DNA of 64,000 bases from Eledone cirrhosa (GCA_964016885.1 OZ024740.1:420546001-420610000), one strand, 5' to 3'. Positions 26,501-41,584 are shown, counted from the stretch's first letter. A program made the numbers and translations. Notes: generated by a model not told the origin, from the letters alone.

Positions 26501-29500
26501 ATAGTGTGGTGTTATAAGTTACATATATTACATAGTATGGTATTATAAGTTACATATATTCCATAGTATGGTGTCGTAAGTTACATATATTCCATAGTAT
26601 GGTGTCGTAAGTTACATATATTACATAGTATGGTGTCGTAGGTTACATATATTACATATTATGGTGTCATAAGTTAGATATATTACATAGTATGGTATCA
26701 TAAGTTACATATATTACATAGTATGGTGTCGTAAGTTACATATATTACATAGTGTGGTGTCGTAAGTTACATATATTACATAGTATGGTGTCGTAAGTTA
26801 CATATAATGCATATATTACATAGTATGGTGTCATAAGTTACATATATTACATAGTATGGTGTCATAAGTTACTTATATTACATAGTATGGTGTCGTAAGT
26901 TACATCTATTACATAGTGTGGTGTCATAAGTTACATATATTACATATATTACATACTATGGTGTGGTAAGTTACATATATTACATAGTATGGTATCGTAA
27001 GTTACATATATTACATGATATGGTGTAGTAAGTTACATATATTACATAGTATGGTGTCGTTAGTTACATATATTACATAGTATGATGTCGTAAGATACAT
27101 ATATTACATGATATGGGGTCGTAATTTACATATATTACATGATATGGTGTCGTAAGTTACATATATTACATAGTATGGTGTTGTAAGTTACATATATTAC
27201 ATAGTATGGTGTTGTAAGTTACATATATTACATAGTATGGTCTTGTAAGTTACATATATTACATAGTATGGTGTCGTAAGTTAAATATATTACATAGTAT
27301 GTAGTCATAAGTTACATATATTACATATATTACATAGTATGATGTCGTATATTACATATATTACATAGTATGGTGTTATAAGTTCCATATATTACATATA
27401 TTACATAGTATGGTGTCGTAAGTTACATACATTACATATATTACATAGTATGGTGTCATAAGTAACATATATTACATATATTACATAGTATGGTGTCGTT
27501 AGTTACATATATTACATAGTATGGTGTCGTAAGTTACATATATTCCATTGTATGTTGTCATAACTTACATATATTACATAGTATAGTGTCGTAAGTTACA
27601 TATATTACATAGTATGGTGTCGTAAGTTACATATATTACATAGTATGGTGTCGTAAGTTACATACATTACATGATATGATGTAAGTTACGTACATTACAT
27701 ATATTACATAGTATGATGTCGTAAGTTACATATATTACATAGGATGGTGTCGTAAGTTACATATATTACATAGTATGGTATCGTAAGTTACATACATTAC
27801 ATAGTATGGTGTCGTAAGTTACATATATTACATAGTATGGTGTGGTAAGTTACATATATTACATAGTATGGTATCGTAAGTTACATATATTACATGATAT
27901 GGTGTCGTAAGTTACATATGTTACATAGTATGGTGTCGTAAGTTTCATATATTAAATAGTATGATGTCGTAAGATACATATATTACATTATATGGTGTCG
28001 TAAGTTACATATATTACATAGTATGGTGTCGTAAGTTACATATATTACATAGTATGGTGTTGTAAGTTACATATATTACATAGTATGGTGTCGTAAGTTA
28101 CATATATTACATAGTATGGTCTTGTAAGTTACATATATTACAATGTATGGTGTTGAAAGTTACATATATTACATAGTATGTAGTCATAAGTTACGTACAT
28201 TACATATATTACATAGTATGGTGTCGTAAGTTACATATATTACATATATTTCATAGTATGGTGTCGTAAGTTACATATATTACTTAGTATGGTGTCATAA
28301 ATTACATATATTACATAGTATGGTATTATAAGTTACATATATTACATATATTACATAGTATGGTGTCGTAAGTTACATATATTACATAGTATGGTGTCGC
28401 AAGTTACATATATTACATAGTATGGTGTCGTAAGTGACATATATTACATAGTATGGTGTCATAAGTTACATATATTACATAGTATGGTGTCATAAGTTAC
28501 AAAAATTACATAGTATGGTATCATAAGTTACATATATTACGTAGTATGGTGTCGTAAGTTACATATATTACATAGTATGGTATCGTAAGTTACATATATT
28601 ACATATATGGTGTCGTAAGTTACATTTATTACATAGTATGGTGTCATAAGTTGCATATATTACATATATTACATAGTATGCTGTCGTAAGTTACATATAT
28701 TTCATAGCATGGTGTCGTAAGTTACATATATTACTTAGTATGGTGTCATAAATTACATATATTACATAGTATTGTATTATAAGTTACATATATTACATAG
28801 TATGGTGTCGTAAGTTACATATATTACATAGTATGGTGTCGTAAGTTACATATATTACATAGTATGGTGTCGTAAGTTACATATATTACATAGTATGGTG
28901 TTGTAAGTTATATATATTGCATATATTACATAGTATGGTGTCATAAGTTACATACATTAAATATATTACATAGTATGGTGTCATAAGTTACATATATTAC
29001 ATAGTATGGTGTCGTTAGTTACATATATTACATAGTATGGTGTCGTAAGTTACATATATTACATAGTATGGTATCATAAGTTACATATATTACATAGTAT
29101 GGTGTCATAAGTTACAAATATTACATAGTATGGTATCATAAGTTACATATATTACATAGTATGGTGTCGTAAGTTACATATATTACATAGTATGGTGTCG
29201 TAAGTTACATATATTACATAGTATGGTGTCGTAAGTTACATATATTACATAGTATGGTATCATAAGTTACATATATTACATAGTATGGTATCATAAGTTA
29301 CATATATTACACAGTATGGTGCCATAAGTTACATATATTACATAGTATGGTGTCATAAGTTACATATATTACATATATTACATAGTATGGTCTCGTAAGT
29401 TACATATATTACATAGTATGGTGTTGTAAGTTATATATATTGCATATATTACATAGTATGGTGTCATAAGTTACATACATTACATATATTACATAGTATG

Positions 29501-32500
29501 GTGTCATAAGTTACATATATTACATAGTATGGTGTCGTTAGTTACATATATTACATAGTATGGTGTCGTAACTTACATATATTACATAGTATGGTGTCAT
29601 AAGTTACATATATTACATAGTATGGTGTCGTAAGTTACATATATTACATAGTATGGTGTCATAAGTTACATACATTACATGATATGATGTCGTAAGTTAC
29701 ATACATTACATGATATGATGTCGTACGTTACATACATTACATGATATGATGTCGTAAGTTACATATATTACATAGTATGGTGTCGTAAGTTACATATATT
29801 ACATTGTATGGTGTCGTAAGTTACATACATTACATATATTACATAGTATGATGTCGTAAGTTACATATATTACATAGGATGGTGTCGTAAGTTACATATA
29901 TTACATAGTATGGTGTCGTAAGTTACATATATTACATAGTATGGTGTCGTAAGTTACATACATTACATAGTAAGGTGTCGTAAGTTACATACATTACATA
30001 GTATGGTGTCGTAAGTTACATACATTACATAGTATGGTGTCGTAAGTTACACATATTACATAGTATGGTGTGGTAAGTTGCATATATTAGATAGTATGGT
30101 ATCGTAAGTTACATATATTACATGATATGGTGTCGTAAGTTACATATATTACATAGTATGGTGTCGTAAGTTAGATATATTACATAGTATGGTGTCGTAG
30201 GTTACATATATTACATAGTATGGTGTAATAAGTTACATATATTACATAGTATGGTGTCGTAAGTTACATATATTACATAGTATGGTGTCGTAAGTTACAT
30301 ATATTACATAGTATGGTGTCGTAAGTTACATATATTACATAGTATGGTGTCGTAAGTTAGATATATTACATAGTATGGTGTCGTAGGTTACATATATTAC
30401 ATAGTATGGTGTAATAAGTTACATATATTACATATATTACATAGTATGGTGTCATAAGTTACATATATTACAAAGTATGGTATTATAAGTTACATATATT
30501 ACATAGTATGGTGTCGGAAGTTACATATATTACATAGTATGGTGTTGTAAGTTACATATATTACATAGTATGGTGTCGTAAGTTACATATATATCATAGT
30601 ATGGTGTCGTAGGTTACATATATTACATAGTATGGTGTCGTAAGTTACATATATTACATAGTATGGTGTCATAAATTACATATATTACATAGTAAGGTAT
30701 TATAAGTTCCATATATTACATAGTATGGTGTCGTAAGTTACATATATTACATAGTATTGTATCGTAAGTTACATATATTACATAGTATTGTATCGTAAGT
30801 TACATATATTACATAGTATGGTGTCGTAAGTTACGTATAATGCATATATTACATAGTATGGTGTCATAAGTTACATATATGACATAGTATGGTGTCATAA
30901 GTTACATATACTACATAGTATGGTGTCATAAGTTACTTATATTACATATATTACATAGTATGGTGTCGTAAGTTACATATATTACATGATATGGTGTCGT
31001 AAGTTACATATATTTCATAGTATGGTGTCGTAAGTTACATATATTACATAGTATGGTGTCATAAGTTACATATATTACATAGTATGGTATTGTAAGTTAC
31101 ATATATTACATAGTATGGTGTCATAAGTTACATATACTACATAGTATGGTGTCATAAGTTACATATACTACATAGTATGGTGTCATAAGTTACATACATT
31201 ACATATATTACATAGTATTGTGTCATAAGTTACATATATGACATAGTATGGTTTCATAAGTTACATATATTACATAGTATGGTGTCATAAGTTACATATA
31301 CTACATAGTATGGTGTCATAAGTTACTTATATTACATATATTACATAGTATGGTGTCGTAAGTTACATACATTACACAGTATGGTGTCGTAAGTTACATA
31401 TATTACATTGTATGGTGTCGTAAGTTACATATTACATGATATGGTGTCGTAAGTTACATATATTACATAGTATGATGTCGTAAGTTACATATATTACATA
31501 GTATGGTGTCGTAAGTTACATATATTACATGATATGGTGACGTAAGTTACATATATTACATAGTATGGTGTCGTAAGTTACATATATTACATGATATGGT
31601 GTCGTAAGTTACATATATTACATAGTATGGTGTCGTAAGTTACATATATTACATAGTATGGTGTCATAAGTTACATACATTACATATATTACATAGTATG
31701 GTGTCGTAAGTTACATATATTACATATATTACATAGTATGGTGTCGTAAGTTACATATATTACATAGTATGGTGTTGTAAGTTATATATATTGCATATAT
31801 TACATAGTATGGTGTCATAAGTTACATATATTACATAGTATGGTGTCGTTAGTTACATATATTACATAGTATGGTGTCGTAACTTACATATATTACATAG
31901 TATGGTGTCATAACTTACATATATTACATAGTATGGTGTCGTAAGTTACATATATTACATAGTATGGTGTCATAAGTTACATACATTACATGATATGATG
32001 TCGTAAGTTACATACATTACATGATATGATGTCATACGTTACATACATTACATGATATGATGTCGTAAGTTACATATATTACATCGTATGGTGTCGTAAG
32101 TTACATATATTACATTGTATGGTGTCGTAAGTTACATACATTACATATATTACATAGTATGATGTCGTAAGTTACATATATTACATAGGATGGCGTCGTA
32201 AGTTACATATATTACATAGTATGGTGTCGTAAGTTACATATATTACATAGTATGGTGTCGTAAGTTACATACATTACATAGTAAGGTGTCGTAAGTTACA
32301 TACATTACATAGTATGGTGTCGTAAGTTACATAAATTACATAGTATGGTGTCGTAAGTTACACATATTACATAGTATGGTGTGGTAAGTTGCATATATTA
32401 GATAGTATGGTATCGTAAGTTACATATATTACATGATATGGTGTCGTAAGTTACATATATTACATAGTATGGTGTCGCAAGTTACATATATTAAATAGTA

Positions 32501-35132
32501 TGATGTCGTAAGATACGTATATTACATGATATGGTGTCGTAAGTTACATATATTAAATGATATGGTGTCGTAAGTTACATATATTACATAGTATGGTGTC
32601 GTAAGTTAGATATATTACATAGTATGGTGTCGTAGGTTACATATATTACATAGTATGGTGTAATAAGTTACATATATTACATAGTATGGTGTCGTAAGTT
32701 ACATATATTACATAGTATGGTGTAATAAGTTACATATATTACATAGTATGGTGTCGTAAGTTACATATATTACATAGTATGGTGTCGTAAGTTAGATATA
32801 TTACATAGTATGGTGTCGTAGGTTACATATATTACATAGTATGGTGTAATAAGTTACATATATTACATATATTACATAGTATGGTGTCATAAGTTACATA
32901 TATTACAAAGTATGTTATTATAAGTTACATATATTACATAGTATGGTGTCGGAAGTTACATATATTACATAGTATGGTGTTGTAAGTTACATATATTACA
33001 TAGTATGGTGTCGTAAGTTACATATATTACATAGTATGGTGTCGTAAGTTACATATATATCATAGTATGGTGTCGTAGGTTACATATATTACATAGTATG
33101 GTGTCGTAAGTTACATATATTACATAGTATGGTGTCATAAATTGCATATATTACATAATAAGGTATTATAAGTTCCATATATTACATAGTATGGTGTCGT
33201 AAGTTACATATATTACATAGTATTGTATCGTAAGTTACATATATTATATAGTATTGTATCGTAAGTTACATATATTACATAGTATGGTGTCGTAAGTTAC
33301 GTATAATGCATATATTACATAGTATGGGGTCATAAGTTACATATATGACATAGTATGGTTTCATAAGTTACATATATTACATAGTATGGTGTCATAAGTT
33401 ACATATACTACATAGTATGGTGTCATAAGTTACTTATATTACATATATTACATAGTATGGTGTCGTAAGTTACATATATTACATGATATGGTGTCGTAAG
33501 TTACATATATTTCATAGTATGGTGTCGTAAGTTACATATATTACATAGTATGGTGTCATAAGTTACATATATTACATAGTATGGTATTGTAAGTTACATA
33601 TATTACATAGTATGGTGTCATAAGTTACATATACTACATAGTATGGTGTCATAAGTTACATATACTACATAGTATGGTGTCATAAGTTACATACATTACA
33701 TATATTACATAGTATTGTGTCATAAGTTACATATATGACATAGTATGGTTTCATAAGTTACATATATTACATAGTATGGTGTCATAAGTTACATATACTA
33801 CATAGTATGGTGTCATAAGTTACGTATATTACATATATTACATAGTATGGTGTCGTAAGTTACATACATTACATAGTATGGTGTCGTAAGTTATATATAT
33901 TACATTGTATGGTGTCGTAAGTTACATATTACATGATATGGTGTCGTAAGTTACATATATTACATAGTATGATGTCGTAAGTTACATATATTACATAGTA
34001 TGATGTCGTAAGTTACATATATTACATAGTATGGTGTCGTAAGTTACATATATTACATGATATGGTGTCGTAAGTTACATATATTACATAGTATGGTGTC
34101 GTAAGTTACATATATTACATGATATGGTGTCGTAAGTTACATATATTACATAGTATGGTGTCGTAAGTTACATATATTACATAGTATGGTGTCGTAAGTT
34201 ACATACATTACATATATTACATAGTATGGTGTCGTAAGTTACATATATTACATATATTACATAGTATGGTGTCGTAAGTTACATATATTACATAGTATGG
34301 TGTAGTAAGTTACATATATTACATGATATGGTGTCGTAAGTTACATATATTACATAGTATGGTGTCGTAAGTTACATATATTACATAGTATGGTGTCGTA
34401 AGTTACATACATTACATATATTACATAGTATGGTGTCGTAAGTTACATACATTACATATATTACATAGTATGGTGTCGTAAGTTACATATATTACATATA
34501 TTACATAGTATGGTGTCGTAAGTTACATATATTACATAGTATGGTGTCGTAAGTTACATATATTACATAGTATGGTGTCGTAAGTTACATATATTACATA
34601 GTATGTTGTTGTAAGTTACATATATTCCATAGTATAGTGTCGTAAGTTACATATATTACGTAGTATTGTGTCGTAAGTTACATATATTACATAGTATGGT
34701 GTCGTAAGTTACATATATTACATAGTATGGTGTCGTAAGTTACATAAATTAAATACTTGCATTACATAGTATTGTGTCATAAGTTACATATATTAGATAG
34801 TATGGTGTTCTAAGTTATATATATTACATCGTGTGGTGTCGTAAGTTATATACATTACGTAGTATGGTGTCGTAAGTTACATATATTACAAAGTATTGTG
34901 TCATATTACATACATTACATAGTATGGTGTCGTAAGTTACATACATTACATAGTTTGGTGTTGTAAGTTACATATATTACATAGTATGGTGTCATAAGTT
35001 ACATACATTACATCGTATGGTGTCATATTACATACATTACATAGTATGGTGTCGTAAGTTACACATATTACATAGTATGGTGTCATAAGATACATACATT
35101 ACATAGTATGGTATCATATTACATACATTATA
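14493..35132 (+). repeat. ~20.6 kb satellite; 31-bp unit AGTATGGTGTC|GTAAGTTACATATATTACAT (40-bp variant with an extra ATATTACAT)
   Basis: Continuous tandem array that begins inside VPS52 exon 7. Roughly 600-650 units, estimated from length. Confidence 0.98.
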
Positions 35133-35569
35133 TACTGGTAGATGAATAAAGAAAAATGTTTTGCTCTAAATTTAGCTGCCTTCCATCACACTTCTGCACC
35201 AATTTTATTTTATTTTATTTTGAAGCAAATAATCAAACATATTTTATATTTGTATCTCATATTCCACAATGCTTCAAACAAACTACCACACCTTATCATA
35301 GGGCGATGTATTGGCAGTATCGGTAGAGGGTCAGACGCCATGCTTAACAGCATAGAGTTACGGCCCTTTACGGACCTTTTCAAATCCCACAGATGTTAAC
35401 TTTGCCTTTCAGCTTTTCGGAGTTGATAAAATAAAGTACCAGTAAAGCACTGGGATAATTGCTGGCCTTGTGCCAAAAGTAGAAACAATTATTTTATTAT
35501 TATAATATTTTTAGAGAAGATTGCTATCGTTATAATGTTGGAGTTGGGTTTGTGATTTTTTTTGAACAG

Positions 35570-35720
35570 ACATATTGTGGACACTCCAGTAACTGAGCGA
35601 GAATTTATGGAACAACTGAATGAATTGAATCATAAAATAAATTTTGTGAAGGAACAGTCGTTTAAAGAGGCTCGCTCGTGCCAGGATGTCCGCGATATTC
35701 TTGAAAAACTCAAGAGTAAG
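35570..35720 (+). CDS. VPS52: VPS52 exon 8
   Basis: Encodes HIVDTPVTEREFMEQLNELNHKINFVKEQSFKEARSCQDVRDILEKLKSK. aacag/gtatgt boundaries. Confidence 0.93.
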
Positions 35721-35794
35721 GTATGTTACAAAACTAATTAACAACATATGAGATAATTACACCCACTTTCATATTGGCATTGTGAATTAATAAT

Positions 35795-36075
35795 CACCAT
35801 CCTCATCATCACCACTACCACCATCATCATCATCACTAACACTACCATAATCATCATCATCACTACCACCACCATAATCCTCATCTCATCATCATCGTTA
35901 TCACCACCACCAGCATCGTCACTGCCATCGTCACCATAATCATCGTCATCTCATCACCACCACCACTATCGTAAGTACCACTACCACCACCACCACTATC
36001 ATAAGTACCACCACGACCACCACCACCGTAAGTACCACTGCCACCACCACCACCACCACCACCACCACCACCACT
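35795..36075. repeat. (CAC/CAT)n compound microsatellite
   Basis: Seen directly. Confidence 0.85.
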
Positions 36076-36165
36076 GGGTGCATTAAACCATGGCACCAGC
36101 ACTAGAAAACCTGTCATGTCTTTGACAACACTAAAAAACCCTCTCTATATTGTCTTCATTTGATT

Positions 36166-39100
36166 ACCAACCACTTTACAGGATGTACTGGGTGTATTTT
36201 AGCATGGTGCCAACCACTTTACAGAATGTACTGGGTGTATTTTATCATGGTGTCAACCACTTTACAGGATGTACTGGGTGTATGTTATCATGGTGCCAAC
36301 CACTTTACAGGATGTACTGGGTGTATGTTATCATGGTGCCAACACTACCACTTTACAGGATGTACTGGGTGTATTTTAGCATGGTGCCAACCACTTTACA
36401 GAATGTACTGGATGTATTTTATCATGGTGCCAACCACTTTACAGGATGTACTGGGTGTATGTTATCATGGTGCCAACCACTTTACAGGATGTACTGGGTG
36501 TATGTTATCATGGTGCCAACACTACCACTTTACAGGATGTACTGGGTGTATTTTATCATGGTGTCAACACTACCACTTTACAGGATGTACTGGGTGTATT
36601 TTATCATGGTGCCAACCATTTACAGGATGTACTGGGTGTATTTTATCATGGTGCCAACCACTTTACAGGATGTACTGGGTGTATGTTATCATGGTGTCAA
36701 CACTACCACTTTACAGGATGTACTCGGTGTATTTTATCATGGTGTCAACACTACCACTTTACAGGATGTACTGGGTGTATTTTATCATGGTGCCAACCAC
36801 TTTACAGGATGTACTGGGTGTATTTTATCATGGTGCCAACCACTTTACAGGATGTACTGGGTGTATTTTATTATGGTGCCAACCATTTACAGGATGTACT
36901 GGGTGTATTTTATCATGGTGCCAACCACTTTACAGGATGTACTGGGTGTATGTTATCATGGTGTCAACACTACCACTTTACAGGATGTACTGGGTGTATT
37001 TTATCATGGTGCCAACCACTTTACAGGATGTACTGGGTGTATTTTATCATGGTGCCAACCACTTTACAGGATGTACTGGGTGTATTTTATCATGGTGCCA
37101 ACACTACCACTTTACAGGATGTACTGGGTGTATTTTATCATGGTGCCAACCACTTTACAGGATGTACTGGGTGTATTTTATCATGGTGTCAACACTACCA
37201 CTTTACAGGATGTACTGGGTGTATTTTATCATGGTGCCAACACTACCACTTTACAGGATGTACTGGGTGTATTTTATCATGGTGCCAACCACTTTACAGA
37301 ATGTACTGGATGTATTTTATCATGGTGCCAACACTACCACTTTACAGGATGTACTGGGTGTATTTTATCATGGTGCCAACCACTTTACAGGATGTACTGG
37401 GTGTATTTTATCATGGTGCCAACCACTTTACAGGATGTACTGGGTGTATGTTATCATGGTGCCAACACTACCACTTTACAGGATGTACTGGGTGTATTTT
37501 ATCATGGTGCCAACCACTTTACAGGATGTACTGGGTGTATTTTATCATGGTGTCAACACTACCACTTTACAGGATGTACTGGGTGTATTTTATCATGGTG
37601 CCAACCACTTTACAGGATGTACTGGATGTATTTTATCATGGTGCCAACACTACCACTTTACAGGATGTACTGGGTGTATTTTATCATGGTGCCAACCACT
37701 TTACAGAATGTACTGGATGTATTTTATCATGGTGCCAACACTACCACTTTACAGGATGTACTGGGTGTATGTTATCATGGTGTCAACACTACCACTTTAC
37801 AGGATGTACTGGGTGTATGTTATCATGGTGCCAACCACTTTACAGAATGTACTGGATGTATTTTATCATGGTGCCAACACTACCACTTTACAGGATGTAC
37901 TGGATGTATTTTATCATGGTGCCAACACTACCACTTTACAGGATGTACTGGGTGTATGTTATCATGGTGTCAACACTACCACTTTACAGGATGTACTGGG
38001 TGTATTTTATCATGGTGCCAACCACTTTACAGAATGTACTGGATGTATTTTATCATGGTGCCAACACTACCACTTTACAGGATGTACTGGGTGTATGTTA
38101 TCATGGTGTCAACACTACCACTTTACAGGATGTACTGGGTGTATTTTATCATGGTGCCAACACTACCACTTTACAGGATGTACTGGGTGTATGTTATCAT
38201 GGTGTCAACACTACCACTTTACAGGATGTACTGGGTGTATGTTATCATGGTGCCAACCACTTTACAGAATGTACTGGATGTATTTTATCATGGTGCCAAC
38301 ACTACCACTTTACAGGATGTACTGGATGTATTTTATCATGGTGCCAACACTACCACTTTACAGGATGTACTGGGTGTATGTTATCATGGTGTCAACACTA
38401 CCACTTTACAGGATGTACTGGGTGTATTTTATCATGGTGCCAACCACTTTACAGAATGTACTGGATGTATTTTATCATGGTGCCAACACTACCACTTTAC
38501 AGGATGTACTGGGTGTATGTTATCATGGTGTCAACACTACCACTTTACAGGATGTACTGGGTGTATTTTATCATGGTGCCAACACTACCACTTTACAGGA
38601 TGTACTGGGTGTATTTTATCATGGTGTCAACCACTTTACAGGATGTACTGGGTGTATTTTATCATGGTGCCAACCACTTTACAGGATGTACTGGGTGTAT
38701 TTTATCATGGTGTCAACACTACCACTTTACAGGATGTACTGGGTGTATTTTATCATGGTGCCAACCACTTTACAGGATGTACTGGGTGTATTTTATCATG
38801 GTGTCAACACTACCACTTTACAGGATGTACTGGGTGTATTTTATCATGGTGCCAGCACTACCACTTTACAGGATGTACTGGGTGTATTTTATCATGGTGC
38901 CAACACTACCACTTTACAGGATGTACTGGGTGTATTTTATCATGGTGCCAACACTACCACTTTACAGGATGTACTGGGTGTATTTTATCATGGTGCCAAC
39001 ACTACCACTTTACAGGATGTACTGGGTGTATTTTATCATGGTGTCAACACTACCACTTTACAGGATGTACTGGGTGTATTTTATCATGGTGCCAACACTA

Positions 39101-40216
39101 CCACTTTACAGGATGTACTGGGTGTATTTTATCATGGTGCCAACACTACCACTTTACAGGATGTACTGGGTGTATTTTATCATGGTGCCAACACTACCAC
39201 TTTACAGGATGTACTGGGTGTATTTTATCATGGTGTCAACACTACCACTTTACAGGATGTACTGGGTGTATTTTATCATGGTGTCAACACTACCACTTTA
39301 CAGGATGTACTGGGTGTATTTTATCATGGTGTCAACACTACCACTTTACAGGATGTACTGGGTGTATTTTATCATGGTGCCAACCACTTTACAGGATGTA
39401 CTGGGTGTATTTTATCATGGTGTCAACACTACCACTTTACAGGATGTACTGGGTGTATGTTATCATGGTGTCAACACTACCACTTTACAGGATGTACTGG
39501 GTGTATTTTATCATGGTGCCAACACTACCACTTTACAGGATGTACTGGGTGTATTTTATCATGGTGCCAACCACTTTACAGGATGTACTGGGTGTATTTT
39601 ATCATGGTGTCAACACTACCACTTTACAGGATGTACTGGGTGTATTTTATCATGGTGCCAACCACTTTACAGGATGTACTGGGTGTATTTTATCATGGTG
39701 CCAACCACTTTACAGGATGTACTGGGTGTATTTTATCATGGTGTCAACACTACCACTTTACAGGATGTACTGGGTGTATTTTATCATGGCGCCAACCACT
39801 TTACAGGATGTACTGGGCGTATGTTATCATGGTGCCAACACTACCACTTTACAGGATGTACTGGGTGTATTTTATCATGGTGCCAACACTACCACTTTAC
39901 AGGATGTACTGGGTGTATTTTATCATGGTGCCAACACTACCACTTTACAGGATGTACTGGGTGTATTTTATCATGGTGCCAACCACTTTACAGGATGTAC
40001 TGGGTGTATTTTATCATGGTGCCAACCACTTTACAGGATGTACTGGGTGTATGTTATCATGGTGCCAACACTACCACTTTACAGGATGTACTGGGTGTAT
40101 TTTATCATGGTGCCAACACTACCACTTTACAGGATGTACTGGGTGTATTTTATCATGGTGCCAACACTACCACTTTACAGGATGTACTGGGTGTATTTTA
40201 TCATGGTGCCAACACT
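36166..40216. repeat. 43/48-bp minisatellite, ~4 kb
   Basis: Unit CAAC(ACTAC)CACTTTACAGGATGTACTGGGTGTATTTTATCATGGTGY, with two interspersed length variants. Confidence 0.97.
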
Positions 40217-40360
40217 AAAGCAAATCTTCTCCACTCTACATCATCTCCATACTTTGAAGGGGAGTGATGAGCAAGAAGTTAAACTTGGTGAGAGTATGAC
40301 TGTTGGGGGAGGGGAGAGCTGGGAGTGAGAGAGGTAAAATAGTTAAGTGATGACTAATAT

Positions 40361-40549
40361 TAATTGTTTCTACTTTAGGCACAAGGCCAGGATTATCCCA
40401 GTGCATTACTGGTACTTTATTTTATCGACCCCGTAAGGATGAAAGGCAAAGTCAACCTCGGCGGGATTTGAACTCAGATCGTAAAGGGACGTAACTATGC
40501 AGGAAAGCATGGCGTCCGACCCTCTACCGATACTGCCAATCCACCGCCC
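40361..40549 (-). mobile_element. SINE family B, near full length
   Basis: Reverse complement of the 35301-35488 type. Near-identical to 10482-10626. Confidence 0.75.
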
Positions 40550-40878
40550 TGTGATGACTAATAATAATAATCCGTGGTGGACTTTCGACTGCAACCATGC
40601 TGGGACACTGCTGAGAAGATACTTTATCAAACTTTAATTATGGTTGAATAATTTTTCCAGAGTTACGTCCCTTGTAGAGATTATCTCCCTTATCTTTTCC
40701 GTCTGTATTTGCGACTAAGTACAGCAGGCATGGGCAACCTTTTCGAGCAGTGGGCCGCATAGGATGTGGCTCTTCATAAGGTGGGCCGCACTAATAAAAG
40801 GTTCAAGGCAATTTTGAAATTAGGCGTGCCACTCAGAAAGCCAAACGGGCCGCAGTTTGCTATAAATAAGGTACAGTA

Positions 40879-41080
40879 TAGTGGAACTTCGGCTCATGAA
40901 CGACTCGCATCACAAACAATTTTTCCAAACATAAAACACCTCGGCTCACGAACGGTGTCTCGACTAACGAACACGCAAACCGGCAACAAACGGTTGCCAA
41001 CAAGCTTGGAGTATCGTCAGGAAAGCATCACTTACTGTGTAGTTAGTTACTATGGTGATATCTATCTGTCTTTCACACAT

Positions 41081-41147
<67 letters not shown>

Positions 41148-41210
41148 ATTTCGTATGGGGGAAAATAATTTCAGTTTACGAACATTTCAAGTGACGGAGA
41201 GGTCCCACTG
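40879..41210. mobile_element. Tigger/pogo-like MITE with internal (CT)n
   Basis: Homologous to 8546-8849. Ends gaggtcccactg|ta. Confidence 0.6.
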
Positions 41211-41584
41211 TATTTGTAATTTCACCTAAACAAAACTTTAATTACCCAAGAATTATGTATCTCCACACAGAGAATGACATTACAAATCATGTTAAAATAT
41301 TTTGATGTTATATTTTTCACATTAAATAAATATTTTTGTGATAATTTCACTTTGACATTTACACTTTCAACTGAAAAGTCTCATTTTGATATCATTAATC
41401 TCACTTTGAAGTGACATGTGCTCATTTAGAGTAAATCTAGACACACATCTACACACTTCTACCAAATTCATTTGTAAGACATTGGTCAACCTAAGTCAAT
41501 GGTAGAAGAGACTTGCTCAAGGTGCTACAAAATAGAATCAAACACAGAAATATGTGATTGGGAATTAAAATTCATAACATATTT

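Noticed and set aside
14493-35132. CRISPR-like array (31-bp repeats)
   Set aside because: The units are contiguous with no unique spacers, there are no cas genes, and the context is a eukaryotic intron.
36150-40328. Three overlapping 1273-1392 aa ORFs
   Set aside because: They are translations of a stop-free 43/48-bp minisatellite inside VPS52 intron 8, and all three frames cycle through the same peptides.
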